DNA of 62,855 nucleotides, filler included, from Trypethelium eluteriae (GCA_051942245.1; 4 parts of 4 records of this genome joined end to end with filler, not necessarily neighbours in it), one strand, 5' to 3'. Shown: positions 12,321 through 27,039, counted from the whole stretch's first letter. Numbers and translations are program-made. The notes: a model not told the origin generated them from the letters alone.

Positions 12321-13217
12321 ATGCTTTCCTCGTCAGAGTGGGAAGAGACTCCCCGCAAAGAAGAATCTGGATACGCCAGTGCTTCGTCGAGCCATGCAAA
12401 CTTTGCCGAGATATTCTTCACCAAACCACATCTTAGGTTCATCAACCAGCAATTAAAACAGCTTGAGCCTCAGGATATCCTCCGATGGTGTCTTACCACC
12501 TTGCCCTCGCTTTACCAAACGACTGCTTTTGGTCTCAGTGGTCTCGTTACTCTTGACATGCTCTCGAAGCTCCATTCTCCCATCAAGTCTCAGGCTGATC
12601 TCATCTTCTTGGACACCCTACACCACTTCACTGAGACACTCGCGTTGGTCGATAAGATCAAGAAGAAGTACTCGAATGTCAACATCCACATCTACAAACC
12701 TGCAGCAGTTGAGACGCCGGAAGAGTTCTCCGCCAAATATGGCATACACCTTTGGGAGTCGAGTGAGGATCTCTACGACTGGATTGCCAAGATCGAGCCA
12801 CAGCAACGAGCTTATGCAGATCTCCAAGTCAAAGCAGTTCTGACTGGACGGCGGAGAAGTCAAGGTGGTAAGCGCGCATACCTAGACGTCATCGAAGTGG
12901 ACGACACGGGCGTAGTCAAGGTCAACCCCCTGGCCAATTGGACCTTCGACCAGGTCCAGAACTACATCTTTGAAAATGACGTGCCGTACAACGAGCTCCT
13001 GGACCGAGGATATAAGAGCATCGGCGACTGGCATTCGACCCAGCCTGTCGCCAATGGTGAGGGTGAGCGGTCGGGACGATGGAAAGGACGGCCGAAGACC
13101 GAATGCGGGATTCACAACAAGAAATCCCGGTATGCGCAACTTTTGGCTGCACAGGAAGCCAAGGAGGAAGAGGAGAGTCTCAATCGCTCAGTCAATGAGA
13201 GGCTGCAGATTGCTTGA
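12321..13217 (+). CDS. MET16: Phosphoadenosine phosphosulfate (PAPS) reductase
   Basis: QTTAFGLSG, FLDTLHHF, TGRRRSQG, KVNPLANW, GYKSIGDWHST and C-terminal KTECGIH motifs; single exon. Confidence 0.97.
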   Translation: MLSSSEWEETPRKEESGYASASSSHANFAEIFFTKPHLRFINQQLKQLEPQDILRWCLTTLPSLYQTTAFGLSGLVTLDMLSKLHSPIKSQADLIFLDTLHHFTETLALVDKIKKKYSNVNIHIYKPAAVETPEEFSAKYGIHLWESSEDLYDWIAKIEPQQRAYADLQVKAVLTGRRRSQGGKRAYLDVIEVDDTGVVKVNPLANWTFDQVQNYIFENDVPYNELLDRGYKSIGDWHSTQPVANGEGERSGRWKGRPKTECGIHNKKSRYAQLLAAQEAKEEEESLNRSVNERLQIA

Positions 13218-13462
13218 CAATGGCGGACGATTACAAGAGGATAGACGGATAGGCTGATTTTATCTGCTTCGCGTTTTTAGCCATGGCGTTAAGGGCCAAT
13301 CAGCAACAGGCAGAGGCAGAAGCATCGGGAATCCCGTGTCTCCTAGATAGCTGATACGGAGTACTACCATACACTTGCGGCATAGCATTGCGATGGAGCA
13401 CCAAAAAGTCTCGATCTTAGCTAGATCTTAGTATTATCACAATGGCATACATGTTGCAAACA

Positions 13463-13472
13463 ATTGCGCCAT
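13463..13472 (-). promoter_or_regulatory. Candidate CYS-3/MetR bZIP site (ATGGCGCAAT)
   Basis: 9/10 match to ATGRYRYCAT, ~700 bp upstream of ATP sulfurylase. Confidence 0.3.
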
Positions 13473-14167
13473 GCCCACCTCCATCACTGAAAAAATTCAC
13501 TTTGTAAGGCGACTAGTCGTTCGAAGCCAATCAAATGCCCAAGCCAGCAGCCAAAATGCGATGGTGGTTAGATGCAACAAGACGAACAGATACGTAAAAA
13601 TCAGGGGGTTGGGGCGAAGGATGCGGCCAACGACGGCAGCGAGTTATGGTAATTTTGGGAGATGCAAGTGCCAGAAGTGGGGCAATCTGGCAGAAAATGA
13701 ACGGGTGAACGAACACAGAGCCGCGCAACCTTGGAACCTTGAATGCCAAGGCTCTCCTGTGGCAGGTCGGCTCTTTACAGTATAGGGCTGAAACCGCGGA
13801 AGCTCATGGTGCTCATCGGTGTTCGCCCAGAAACAAGGGGAACAAGGTGTCGGGACGGGGGCCGCGCAACCAGCAGTCGCCAGCAATGAGTTGGTTGCTT
13901 GCTTCAGTATGGACACCTTGAGCTCTTCTCCCAGGGTGGTTCATATTGCTCCTCGATTCTCTGAACCTCATTTCATATCTCTTTTCTTTGCTTCGAGAGA
14001 GCAATCTCGCACTGTACAGTACATTTTACCTGTTACGTTCGGCACTTGCCAAAATACCGAAGTGTGACGTACCTCCACTTGGAGTAGAAAAGTCGTCGCT
14101 CACCGATTGACTTGTATATTATCCATTGAATTGCTTTCTACCAATTCTTTGCATTGACTTTAGCTGA

Positions 14168-15680
<1,513 letters not shown>

Positions 15681-15682
15681 TC

Positions 15683-15782
15683 NNNNNNNNNNNNNNNNNN
15701 NNNNNNNNNNNNNNNNNNNNNNNNNNTTAATTAATTAANNNNNNNNNNNNNNNNNNNNNNNNNNNNNNNNNNNNNNNNNNNN
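15683..15782. other. Artificial contig linker (N44-TTAATTAATTAA-N44)
   Basis: N runs flanking a six-frame stop cassette. Confidence 0.99.
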
Positions 15783-18013
15783 CTCCTTCTCCCCACTACC
15801 TCCACCCGTCTCCCTCCCCGCCGCCGCCTTGGCCAGATCCGACCACTGAATCAAAAACTCCGTCTTAATCCTCCTCGTCGCCTCATGCTCTCCACTCCCC
15901 GACCTCGCCGACAGCAACGAATCAATCTCGTCCACGAAAATAATACTCGGAGCCAGCGCACGCGCCAGCGCAAACAGCGCGCGCACCAACTTCTCGCTCT
16001 CTCCCAAGAACTTACTCGTCAAGCTACTCGCGGAGATCGCGAAGAAGGTGGACCGACTCTCCGTCGCAACCGCGCGCGCCAGCATCGTCTTGCCCGTGCC
16101 GGGCGGTCCGAACAGCAGCATGCCGCGGGCAGGCTCGCGGAGGCCGGAAAAGAGGTCGGGCCGGAGGAAGGGGTAGACGACGGTCTCCTTGAGGGCGTCC
16201 TTGGCGATGTCGAGGCCCGCGATGTCGGCCCAGTGCACGATGTCGCCTTGCACGACGATCTCGTTGACGATCTGCTGCGCGGCGTGCGCGTCGACGCCCT
16301 TGGGCAGGTGCTTGAGGAGCTTCGGGATGCGCGTGTCGCTGGGCTTTTCGTCGGATGAGGAGGAGGTGGAGCCGCTTTCGGAGGGGTCGCTGGAGGAGAC
16401 GCTGCTCTCGGGTTTGGTTGCTTGTTTGGGATGAGATGATCTTTTGCCACTTATCGTCTTGCTGTCTTTGTCGTTCGCTTCGGGCCCAGTTGGTGTGAGA
16501 GGCTTTCTGCCACCAGCTGATCCTCGCGGGGCGCTTGGGCTGGCAGTGCCTTGCACGGCTTTGCGAGATATCCCAGCATGAGATTTGCTTTCTGCAGGCA
16601 CTTCGCCCGTGGGAGATGCAGCTGGTTCGATCTCGATAGATGGTCTTGCAGGTCGGCGCTTCTCAGCCAATGCCACTTGACTGGGATGTGCTGCGACTGT
16701 GGGATATTCTTTCCGATAAGATAGAAACTTTGCATCCAACTTCGGCAGCTGGTTCTGAGATTCTGCAGAGCTTTGCAGGGTACGAGAAGACCAATCAAGG
16801 CGACGCTCAGTACTCGCTCCTGCATCTCTCTCTCCACCGTCATCCTCCAATTTGACATCATCCTCTGGTTTTTCTGGTTGTCGTCGTAAAGCCTCGCTTA
16901 CCGCGCCATCCTCGCTCGCTCTCTGCACTCCTGTTGTCGATAAGTATTCGTACGACCTCATTGGTTCTTTCTGAAAACCCGCCATGGGACTGCCTGCTCG
17001 ACTAGATGATTGGTTTGTGACATCTTCTGCAGATCCCTTTTGAACCAATTTCCTCGTGTATGGGTCCCAAGTAGTGGCATGCGAAGAGCTTCCATTGGTG
17101 GTATCTGATGGAGCGAGAGTGTCCTTTGACGAGACCCCACTCATACGTGGAAGCGTCCCCCACGCTTGCGTTGCTGCCTTGGCTGCAGCAGGTGGACGAC
17201 TCCTCAAGCTCGAAGGCATCTTACTTGATGATTTCCCGTTATCTCTATTGCCAGCCCTCAAGGTTCTTAACATCCCTCCTCTCTTCTCCGGGCTTGGAGT
17301 CCGCGAGACTTTTCTGCCCGCACTGCTTGTACCCACAATACCTGCGTTGGGTGGGGCATTAGATGCTGTCAGCGATGCAGTTTTCGACTTTTCTAGGGGT
17401 ATGTCCGTGTCAGAACTTTTTGTCGTCGCATAAGATGGTCGTTGTGCTTGAGCTCTCGGCGCCGGCCGACGCGGTAAAGGTGGCGTTGGTCGAGCAATTT
17501 GCGGATATTCCACGGGAGGAATACTTCCTTGTCCTAGCCATGCTGAGGGCTCCTTATCTTGGCTCGTATTGACGCTTTTGTGTGGGGGAGGAACAGGTGG
17601 TGCAGATCCGTCGGTTGTATTGGTTGTATTGGAATGGTCCTCGGCTGCCTCCGACCTGCTTTGACGTAGCGCTTCCAAAAGGTCGACTCTTTCCTTACAT
17701 TGCAATTCCATCTGACGTAAAGAGTCTTGCAGTGCCCTCTCTGTCTCGGTTTTTGGTTGGTAGTTCGCGGGGACGCGGTATGCATTGTGGTAATAGATCT
17801 GATCTAGCGCATTTCGCCACGACCTCAGTGCTTCGGCTTCGTTGTTCTGTGGCCAATTCCCACATCAGCATTCAGAACGTGGCAAGTCTCGGGTTTGTAT
17901 CTTGCGAAATTAGGAAGACTGACCTGGTTTTCGAAGTAAACGGCGGTTGAGCAGACGAGGTAGCAGTCGTCGTATGTGCGCTGCATTGCAGCATGAGGTT
18001 TCTGTCGCATCAT
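15783..18013 (-). CDS. AAA+ ATPase, spastin/fidgetin (Sap1/Yta6-like) family, 3'-truncated
   Basis: Exon 1 [28 protein letters not shown]; intron 17923-17847; long disordered linker; [17 protein letters not shown] (Walker A), IIFVDEID (Walker B) and RRIKTEFL. Confidence 0.93.
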
Positions 18014-18845
18014 GGTTGCGCTTCGCCGAGTATTCGAGTCAAATCTCACGAGCGATATGCATGATGGCAATGATCATAAGGGAGGAGGCTTGGGCAAGGC
18101 CAAGTTAAGGGCAAGATTGCACATGTTCGATGTTCACGTTTGTTCCCGCAGTGACGTACCAAAACTCGCTCGCACCCCTCCACGCCTTCGTTCCTTCCAC
18201 CTTGTGCTCGTGGCTGAGACCACCAGCCACGGCCACGCAACCATCGCAAGCCATCTCAAGACGTAAGCTTCCCAGAACTTCCGCTCTGTATTCGTGCATT
18301 GTTTATATAGAATGTGTGAAAGACGACTGCAGTCTACATTTCGAAGGCCCAGCAAGGCGATATACTTGGGAGAAGCCCCGTTTTGAAGCTGGTAACGCCT
18401 TCAAACATCCAAGGCCTATGGCTTCACACCCTGTCCGAGGAGAAACGAGGTAAGGTACACGGAAGCAGCCAGAAAGCTTGCCATCAAAGCTCGTAAACGC
18501 CAGCGCATGCCTGCTCTATCAAAATGTACACCATACGCTGCCCATGTCATTGCACGATAGAACACCACCACAGAAGGAAGATATATCTAGCAAGCCTGCG
18601 CGTGAGCTCGGGGGAAGATTGCGCGGGCGTGAATGCAAATTTGGCATTCGAGAGCCGTGTAAAATCCATAGTAGAGGCCTGCGACTTGATTGAGCAACAG
18701 GACGAAAGGCAATAGAAGGGGGACGAGCCACCAAGGTGTTATCAGGGGCAAAAAAAGAAATTTTGAGGCGAAAAGCCTTTTTTCTCTAGTCTTCAAGGAA
18801 CCTCACTGGGATCAAGAATGGAACCCAGGTGGAGGATGGGGTTAT

Positions 18846-20167
18846 TCAGAGATCGTCAGACTGAGATATGAAGTAGGCTTTGGCCACTTCGTACGCCGAC
18901 CTAGCCATGAAGTTAGTCATTGTCGTGTGATGCTTATTTCTGTTTCGCTGTATCGAAAGATGTTGTCACTTGCCAGCAAATCGCCGTACTCGGCATCGTG
19001 GTCACGATGCGGGGTTTCAGCCCTCTGAAGAATCCTAACCACCCATCGCGGCGTTTGATCAATGAAGCAGCATGCCACAACCCTCTCGCATTGCGAATTT
19101 CAGGATCCACTGATGTTCCTCTTGTCTGCAGTAAAGTTTTGATGACGTCCAAAGGCGTTGTAATTCCAGCAGCGAAGCCTCCGGCAAGGCCACCGGCAAT
19201 ACAGTGAGTAGTGGGATCGTAGCCGCCCGTAGGGTTTAAAATTTTCGAAAGAGACTCATAAGCCATGAATTGGAGGGAGGTTAGTGGTACTGTCATGCAA
19301 AGCGTTGTGGGATACGAAACATAAAATGCGGTTATCCCCTCCCGTCTGAGTACCGATTTTGCGCAATGCGCTATTGACCTGTACGAAGATCCGTGAACTT
19401 GCATTCTTTGTTTGATGACTTTGACAATTATCAGCTGAAGTTTGTGTGAGATCATAGTAGATTATCATACCATCGAAAGGGTTCATTAATGCGTCGCTCG
19501 CAATAGTTGCGCATGCTCCGCTAGTAGCTTCAGGAGATGTGAGCATTAGAACCAAGAGGAGTCGACATTTCATTACCTGCAGCTAACGGATGATGCTCAT
19601 TGCCCTTGTTCCCGCCCATAGCTTGTTTTACTGCCTCATATGTTGCGAAGTACACAGCATGTGCAGGTCCTGAGCCGAGTAAGCAATGGTCGCGCCGTTC
19701 CCGCACAATGAAGCCCACCTGCACCCACAACTACGCTTGAAACACCTCTCCATAGTGTCCTTGTCCCTTCTACTCTGTATATCGTCGAAATCGCGTTCGA
19801 GAGACCTGTGTAGACGGCGGAGGATGACGGGTTTACAACTTGCATGCGGGTCTGTCAAATCCGTAGGTTATTTACTGTCGTAGTTGGCAGTTGTAGATCC
19901 AGACTTGCCTTGAGAAGATCTATCGGATACATCACCGAGTGTTCCTGCGCGATTGTGAGGAAAGCCTCGAGCCGTGAGGTAGGACGAATAATCTTACTGC
20001 GATCCCGGCGAATGCCCCAGCCAGCATGTTCGCCGCCAGCGAAAAGTTTGGAGGCAAAGATTCATAACTGCCGACGCGTGAGCAGAAGCCTTGTAAGACA
20101 GCAGCTAGCAAAACGCATACTCATATTCGACCTCTTCGACAGGCGGTAATCGCCCTTGTGTGGCCAT
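18846..20167 (-). CDS. MRS3: Mitochondrial iron carrier (mitoferrin, Mrs3/Mrs4 family), multi-exon
   Basis: MLAGAFAGIA-EHSVMYPIDLLK-TRMQ, GPAHAVYFATYE, DALMNPFD-VIKQRMQ and TTPLDVIKTLLQ give three carrier signatures. Two introns need GC donors. Confidence 0.93.
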
Positions 20168-20938
20168 AAAAATCCGCCTCCCAGCGCGATCTCACTGCAG
20201 CGAAAGCCGGAACAGCCACGACGTGAATTATTTTGGCGATGTCCAGCTTGACCTAGCTATGGACAATCGCGATGACGTGGCAGGAGGAGAGGGAGAGAGG
20301 GTAGTAAGGTGGACAGAATCAATGGAGATCTAGAAGCAAGAACTTTATAATCTCAGCAAAAGAATTACATTGACGTCTCGGAGCTCACATCGGGATTAGC
20401 TTCCTTAGGTGTTTTGCCCGACATGGCCGAGACGAAAGAGCGCCGCTCGGCTTTGTCCATTGATCAACATCATCATCACCTATCATAGACACATCTTACC
20501 TGATCCATAGCCTACAGGTTGAAACCCTAGACGCCATTGGAGCGACAGGTCCGAAGTCGCACAGAGGTGCTGCACGCCTCTCAGCTCGGGCGCCGAAGAC
20601 TGCAGTGTTTTATACTTCCCTATGCGCATTAAATGAACCTTTGAACTCACTCCTCAACTCTGCTCATTTCGAGATTGCGGTAGGCGTGCATTTTGATTGA
20701 CTTGGAAGGGGAAATGACTATCTGTTGGCCCATCTCCTTGTGGAAGACGAAAGCTATGCACGCATGGTAACAAGATTTTGCAGAACTCCGACCACTTCCG
20801 TAAAAGCAAGCATACTCGAGAAATTTCATTTTAAGCTCACAGACCCGGTAAAATAGCAGGCATGAAGATACCTACCAATTTGACCTCGAATCCCCTGCGC
20901 AACTTTCATAAAATTCAAATAACAGTCAGCACGTGGTA

Positions 20939-22660
20939 TTAGCAGTCGCACTTTCCGTACCACCTGGGAAATCCCACTACGTCTTTGATGTTTGGTACGC
21001 CGGCTAAATAGCACAGCAATCTATCAAAGCCCAGTCCAAACCCACCATGTGGGACACTACCAAATCGTCGCAGATCCGCATACCAGTCTAGATTTCCACT
21101 ATCCGGCGCAGAGTCGTATGCGTCCTGGTTGTTTGGCTCTAGTAGCCGTTGGTACTCTTTCCCAAGTTTGATTCCTTGGCGCCGCATAGAGAGCAGCAGA
21201 TTTTCCAGTCTATACTCACGCATGGAGCCGCCAATGATCTCGCACGCATCTGGTACCAGGAGATCAAAACAAGATACCGTAGGCGAAGAGCCAGAGTTTC
21301 CTGACGAGTCCAGGGATGGTGCCATATAGAATGGTTTCTGTGCCACTGGGTAATCTGTAATAAAAACTGGACTTCCAGAACCGATTTGTCGGGCTAGGTA
21401 CCTTTCGTGTTCGCCGTGTAGTCCAGCTTCATATGTAGGAGGAAATTTGAATTGAATCTTGTCTGTGTTTGCGGCCGTTTGGAGGTACTTTATGGCGTCG
21501 GAGTAAGTCAGGCGTGGCCACGGTCCTTCAACCAGTTTCATCCAACGCTGCTCAAGGATTTCCATGCTAATAGAAGGCTCATTAGCCTCAACAGGAGCCG
21601 ACGAGCGTGCCGAGAGTATCTCTGTGGCTAAACCGTTTTGCTGAAGTCTCTGGACCACGGTCCGTAGCATAGTTTCAACAATGTCCATGAGCTGTTCCAG
21701 ACTATCTATAAAAACAATCTCCGCCTCGAGCATGTAGAATTCGCTTAGATGACGGGTGGTATCGCTTTTCTCGGCTCTGAAGGTAGGCGATAATGTCCAA
21801 ACTTTGCCGACTGCTTGCGCCGTTGCTTCAAGGTGCAGTTGAGAAGAGACTGTCAAATATTTGGGGGCTCGGAAAAATGGTGTAGCAACACCCTCCATAC
21901 AGGGCTTACTGTTCTGGATGGGGCTATCGTTCTGCGGGTTCAAAGTAAATGCTTCTCCAGCACCTTCGCAATCCGATGAAGTTATGATCGGCGGATGAGT
22001 TTGAACATAATCATGTCGGGAAAAAAATTCATTGAACGACGCAATTGTCTGGGATCGTAAGCGAAGGAGCAAAGAGTTAAATGGAAGACGTTGTCGCAGG
22101 TGAGGCAGGGTTCGCAGAAACTCAGGCGTATGGTATTTTTTCTGCAGGGGGTAGTTCTGCAATGACTATTCGTAAGCGTGTTCATAGTTCAATGGGCACT
22201 GCATTATCGCACTGACAGTGGAATCATGTTGCCCCATGATCTTAATCTCTCTTGCATGCAGTTCATGAGACTGTCGTTTGTCGGCCGGAGACGGCCTCCA
22301 TTCGCCGCTAATGGTTACAGCAACGCCATTCGAGAGCCTAGATTAATTTGAGACCGGGCGTTAGAGATGCTGCGTGGTGTTGCAAAATGAGACTGCTCAC
22401 CCATCAGCCTGGTCAGGATGCACAAGTGCCTGTAGGGGTTTGTAGGACGAGCCATCTCCCAAGGCGACAAAAGCGCGTTGTTTCTGCTTGCGAACAGATC
22501 GGACGAATCCTGTCACCGTAACATCTTGAGGCTCGCCGATGCCATTTGACGTGCCACGCTCCAGAAGCGCCGCAGCAGTGGAGTGGTGGTTATATCTCGG
22601 CTGTTGTTTGCTGACCCATGCATTTGCGCTTCTCGCTAGTCGACTGAAGGGATTCAGCAT
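20939..22660 (-). CDS. SLM5: Asparaginyl-tRNA synthetase, mitochondrial
   Basis: Basic presequence and OB-fold exons, then DCEGAGE, LTVSSQLHLE, FRAEKS..RHLSEFYMLEAE and PHGGFGLGFDR (class IIb motifs). Confidence 0.95.
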
Positions 22661-24376
22661 CACTTACAGCTGCAATTCCCGGGTCGAGGGCTGTAGGGTG
22701 GGTTCGTCTAGGAGCCAGACCTGCAGCGAGGCTGCCAATCACCTGGACGCCACCGGATCCTACACCAGAAGCTCTCAAACGTTCCACATTTGTGGCAAAG
22801 CTCAGAGATGCTCAGGAGCTAGAAATTATCCTAGATGACACGGACGCAGTGCTGGCCGGGGAAGGAACCGCGGTTTTCTCCGATTTGATACGAACATGCT
22901 ATACATAACAGAGTATGCATACTACATATTTAAACTTCAACCTAAGAGGTAAGGGCGAGAAATGCACGCTCCACAGCAGTGATCGTATAATGCCTGCAGA
23001 ATCGGCTTGCTCGACTGTTTGCTTCCTTGTCGATGAGAGGGAATTAACACCTTCTCCACTGAGCACCACGCAGCAATGCCCATGTACCATCCTGCAACAC
23101 TCGACTTTATTTCTCTACGAACATCAGTGTAAGTTGAGCTACATATCATCATGGCCGGCCCACTCTCAAATCCTCTGCTGTACGCTTCGAAGCAGTGTAC
23201 CCGCTTGTTTCAGGTGCAATCTCGGTTTCATAGCTTCCACTTCGTGCGATGCTCTTCTCCCTCGGGTTACTACCGCAGCCATCTCTATAAAATCTCGGAA
23301 CTTCGGCCGAAATCATCTCAAACCGCCTCGAACGCCAAGAAAAGCTGGTATGGAATGATAGACGCCAGCTTTCCCACACTGCGAAGACACCTTTGGTTGG
23401 ATAACAGGTGTCTGCAGAGGTCAGCCAAGATCTCTATCATATACTCGACGGGCCGGATAAGCAAGGGAAGACAGCAGCGGCTGCTTCATCTTGCCGTGGC
23501 TGGGTGTAACACTGCAAAATCGGCTACCGAGCACACAGCAGAAATCTGCAACGTCAAGCTGTACAGCACCGTCATTGGTGGATCTAGCTACTGGATCGCT
23601 TTACCACGAGGAGCAAAGGACTTGTCCCAGCGAAGCTAGATCCGAGCGACGGAAGGGCGCACCGTAGGAGATCACGCGCGGAAAAGTCCTGCGCTTAGAT
23701 TCACGCGCCTCGGCTGCAACGCGATTGTTGTTTGTGCAGCGAAGCATTGCGTACTTTCATCGACCTGCCACAGAGGACGCCTTGCTGAAGATAGGAAGCA
23801 GCTACTTAGATCCTAGTTTCTCGAGCAAACGCAGGAGTTCTGGACCTTTTGCTGGAGCATCACAAACTTAAGACAGCGGGCTGCAAAGTCGAAGCATGAC
23901 CAGATATTGAAATTGGTTGAACTCTCTCCTCTCCATAGAACGGGCGATTTTCGTATCAAAGTGCCGCTGTGGGCTTCGTCCCTGACCGTCCGCGGAAAAG
24001 TGCATCTCTCATAAATCTTGACGTTGTGACTTCGGCCTCGTCAGATGAACAGAACTCATGTCGCCTGCCACATCGTGTATCGACAAAAACCCAAATCCTA
24101 CAGCACGTAGCTCGCATTGGTTGAATCATCCAGCATTTTGTGCGCAGGGATTGTATAGAAGACCTGAGCCAGCAGTATCACCCGTTGCGGTGGAATGCGC
24201 TATATTTTTTCTGAAGCCGAGAGGTGACATTGCTTCTACTCGTCAAAGTTTTGCAGCCCGCGGAACATCTGTTGTGGTTAAAGAACATCGAAGCAGCTGT
24301 GCTATCACCAGCAAATATTCACGCAATCTCGAGCACCACTGGCACATATCGACTGCAACAACATTTGGTGGTCAAA

Positions 24377-25317
24377 ATGCCTTCACCAAAGCCTAGGGCT
24401 GCAGAAATTGCCACCGAAGCGAAAAAAACCTTCGTTCCCTATATCGAGAGAACCATACCGGCATACCCAGCCATATCAACTGTCCACGCCACACCTACCC
24501 AAGCGAAACATGTCACACCGGCGGAACGGACCAAGAGACTTCGAGTTGCAGTTATTGATGGAGATCCTATCGATGTGGCTTTGGACTGGTATGAATATAC
24601 AAAACAGCAGACACCTAGTGGAAGCGACCCTCCTCACCGAGTTCCCGTAGTGAATATGGCAAATGAAAAGCGTCCGGGAGGCGATTGGGAGTCTGGTGCC
24701 ATGGCACCAGAGGAGTGTCTAGCTAGACGGAGCAACCTTGTGCTGGCACTCAGCAGGACCAGTAATGGACATGGTTCTTCTTTGGATCACTACCCACTTC
24801 CACAGACGGGCGGCTTGTATTCACAAGTCGGTAATTCTCCGAATATTCCGAGTCGCAAGCATCACGATCAGACGCTGACAATCGTCTAGTAGTGTTTAGA
24901 GATGGCCCCGAGTACTACCAAGTCTGGCGCGAGTTCAAGCAACTCCCAGTCATCTCGGTGGCGCCTGTGAAGAGGCCTAAACTCGATCGAACGAACACGG
25001 AGTACTCATTCGACCAGGAACGGGAGCTCATGTTGGAGAAGATGCGCGTCGTACTGCGGATTGCACAACAATGGGGGCATCATGACATCTGCCTTGGCGC
25101 GTTCGGAGTCGGCAGTACGTTCCGCAATCCTACAAGGCAGGTAGCCAGAATGTGGAAGATGCTGCTTTTCGAAGATGATGAATTTCGGGGAATCTTTGCC
25201 AATGTCGTCTTTGCAATCCAGAGCAAGATGCCTGGGGATGATCGAGAAGGCGCAGTGGAGCTCGAAATTTTTAAAGAAGAGTTCAGCGCGAGCAATATTT
25301 TTAAGACAGCAGCGTAA
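24377..25317 (+). CDS. TIGR02452/DUF2263 macrodomain protein (microbial-type PARG-like)
   Basis: VVNMANEKRPGGDWESGAMAPEECLARRSNL; intron 24831-24889; ISVAP, LGAFGVG.FRNP and VVFAI motifs. Confidence 0.85.
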
Positions 25318-25552
25318 AGGGTTGAAGATTATGCCACAGCAACGAGGACAGGCTTCGATGCTGCGAACATGTCGATCGAAGTGGACAGCCAGTCTATAGA
25401 CGAGGACACTCGTCACTCGTCACAGCGAGTCTGCATGGTGTGGAGTCGACCTTAGCACGGAATCGTTGGACGGGAGGTTGGATTGCCAAAAGCTTGGATC
25501 TTCCAGAAAGCCCACGCTGAGCCCTGGTAGGGGCAGCAGGGGTTGAAGTGAA

Positions 25553-25981
25553 TTATGCGACGCTTGCTCTCTTGTTTCTCTCCATTTCTGCAGCAGGAAT
25601 CTGCCCAGCCCCTTCAGCTTCCAATTGCCTTAGCGTTGCCGCCTTTTTTGCGTCTGCAACTCTGCGTTGCTTGAAGTATTTCACCTAGGAGGGAATGTTG
25701 ATTAGTAGATCAAAGGCCACACCAAAAGTTATTGAAAGACTCACCCAACTAGTAGCACAGTTTTGCTCAAATGCTAAAGTCTCCTTGCTACATGTTGCTG
25801 CCGCTTTTTTGCCATCTTGGATGGAATCGATGATATCGTGACGGTCGAGACAGCGAAAATATTCATCCCTCGCCTCCCAGCAATGAGCTCGTTGATCACG
25901 GCCGGGAGCTTCGAAAGCACCGTCTGAAGAAGGTCTCGGTCCCTGGTTGCTAGAACCACCGGAAAACGGTAGCCAACCCAT
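25553..25981 (-). CDS. COA6: Cytochrome c oxidase assembly factor 6 (COX6B-like Cys motif)
   Basis: R..CWEARDEYFRCLD...C...FEQNCATSW, one intron, then VKYFKQRR. Confidence 0.88.
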
Positions 25982-26330
25982 ATTGAATATTTAAGAGGAA
26001 GGTGGACAGGAGGAGAAGAGGCCTTCAGTCACGACGGAATCAATCGTGGAGTAGGTAGCAGAGATGAAAGAAGGAAAAAGTCGATGATTCAGGGAAGCTT
26101 CGGAGGCTTTGTGGCTCTCTCCACCGTTGCCGCTTGCAGGGAACATGACGCATGCTGGTGACCCTTTTGGACAACTTTTGACACCTTCCGATGACCAACC
26201 TCAGCTTTCAATCACCGACACCAGTACCAACGGCCAGAGTACGATCGCGTCCGTCCGCTGATGGAACGATGTTGACATCGCGCTGTTCGCTTTCATGACG
26301 ATTTCCTAAACTCCGACCAAAGCTGGGCTG

Positions 26331-27039
26331 ATGCCTCCACGCCGCCGACGGCCTCCTCGACCTGGCGCGCTCACTGACCTCTCCCCTTCGCGCATCCTTG
26401 CCCAGATCCTCATTCTTCAGGTTGCTTTCTATATCTGCGCAGCAGTTTTGATCATTTTCACGGCCTTGGTTGCGGGACGAACAGTCAACCTGGATTTGGT
26501 GTTAAGCTGGCGCAGTCTTCGTGGTGACATTACAGTTGGGTGGATGCTCGGTCTTTGCTGGCTACTCAACTCGTTGATATGGTAAGCCCGCATTGCAAAC
26601 TTGCCTATCTAGGCAGCTCTTGTTCCTATATTGTATGTTCGCGAGCTGACGGATATTACGTTATAGTGTCATCTTCCTATTGCTCCTCATCGCCCGCTCA
26701 AAGTTAATACCCGATTTTGCCATCACGATTCACTTTCTCCACCTCATTATAACCTCATTCTACACGCGAGCGCTTCCTACGAACTTCTTTTGGTGGGTGT
26801 TGCAAATTGCTAGCGCCGCGCTCATGACTTCACTTGGGATCTGGAGTTGTCAGTGGAGAGAGCTGAAGCCTATTTCCTTTGGAGGTTCTTCTTCTACGGC
26901 TCGTCAGGCAGATTCAGAAGAAGCCAACGGCTCACACGATGGACTAGGGTATCCGAGGGGTCGGGGTAGAGGGAAAGGAGCTGATGGTGGTGGAAATTAT
27001 GAGATGGTTGGGATGTCTGATTCACATCGTGGGATATAG
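26331..27039 (+). CDS. SYS1: Golgi integral membrane protein Sys1
   Basis: P.RILAQILILQ, several TM segments, RSKLIPDFAITIHFLHLI and C..RELKPI; intron 26582-26666. Confidence 0.9.

Noticed and set aside
15727..15738. TTAATTAATTAA as a regulatory or transposon (TTAA) site
   Set aside because: Identical in all three N gaps; it is a synthetic six-frame stop linker.
22900..24376. ORFs and splice-like signals upstream of the PARG-like gene
   Set aside because: No frame gives a convincing protein; it may be a long or spliced 5' UTR, which I cannot support from sequence alone.
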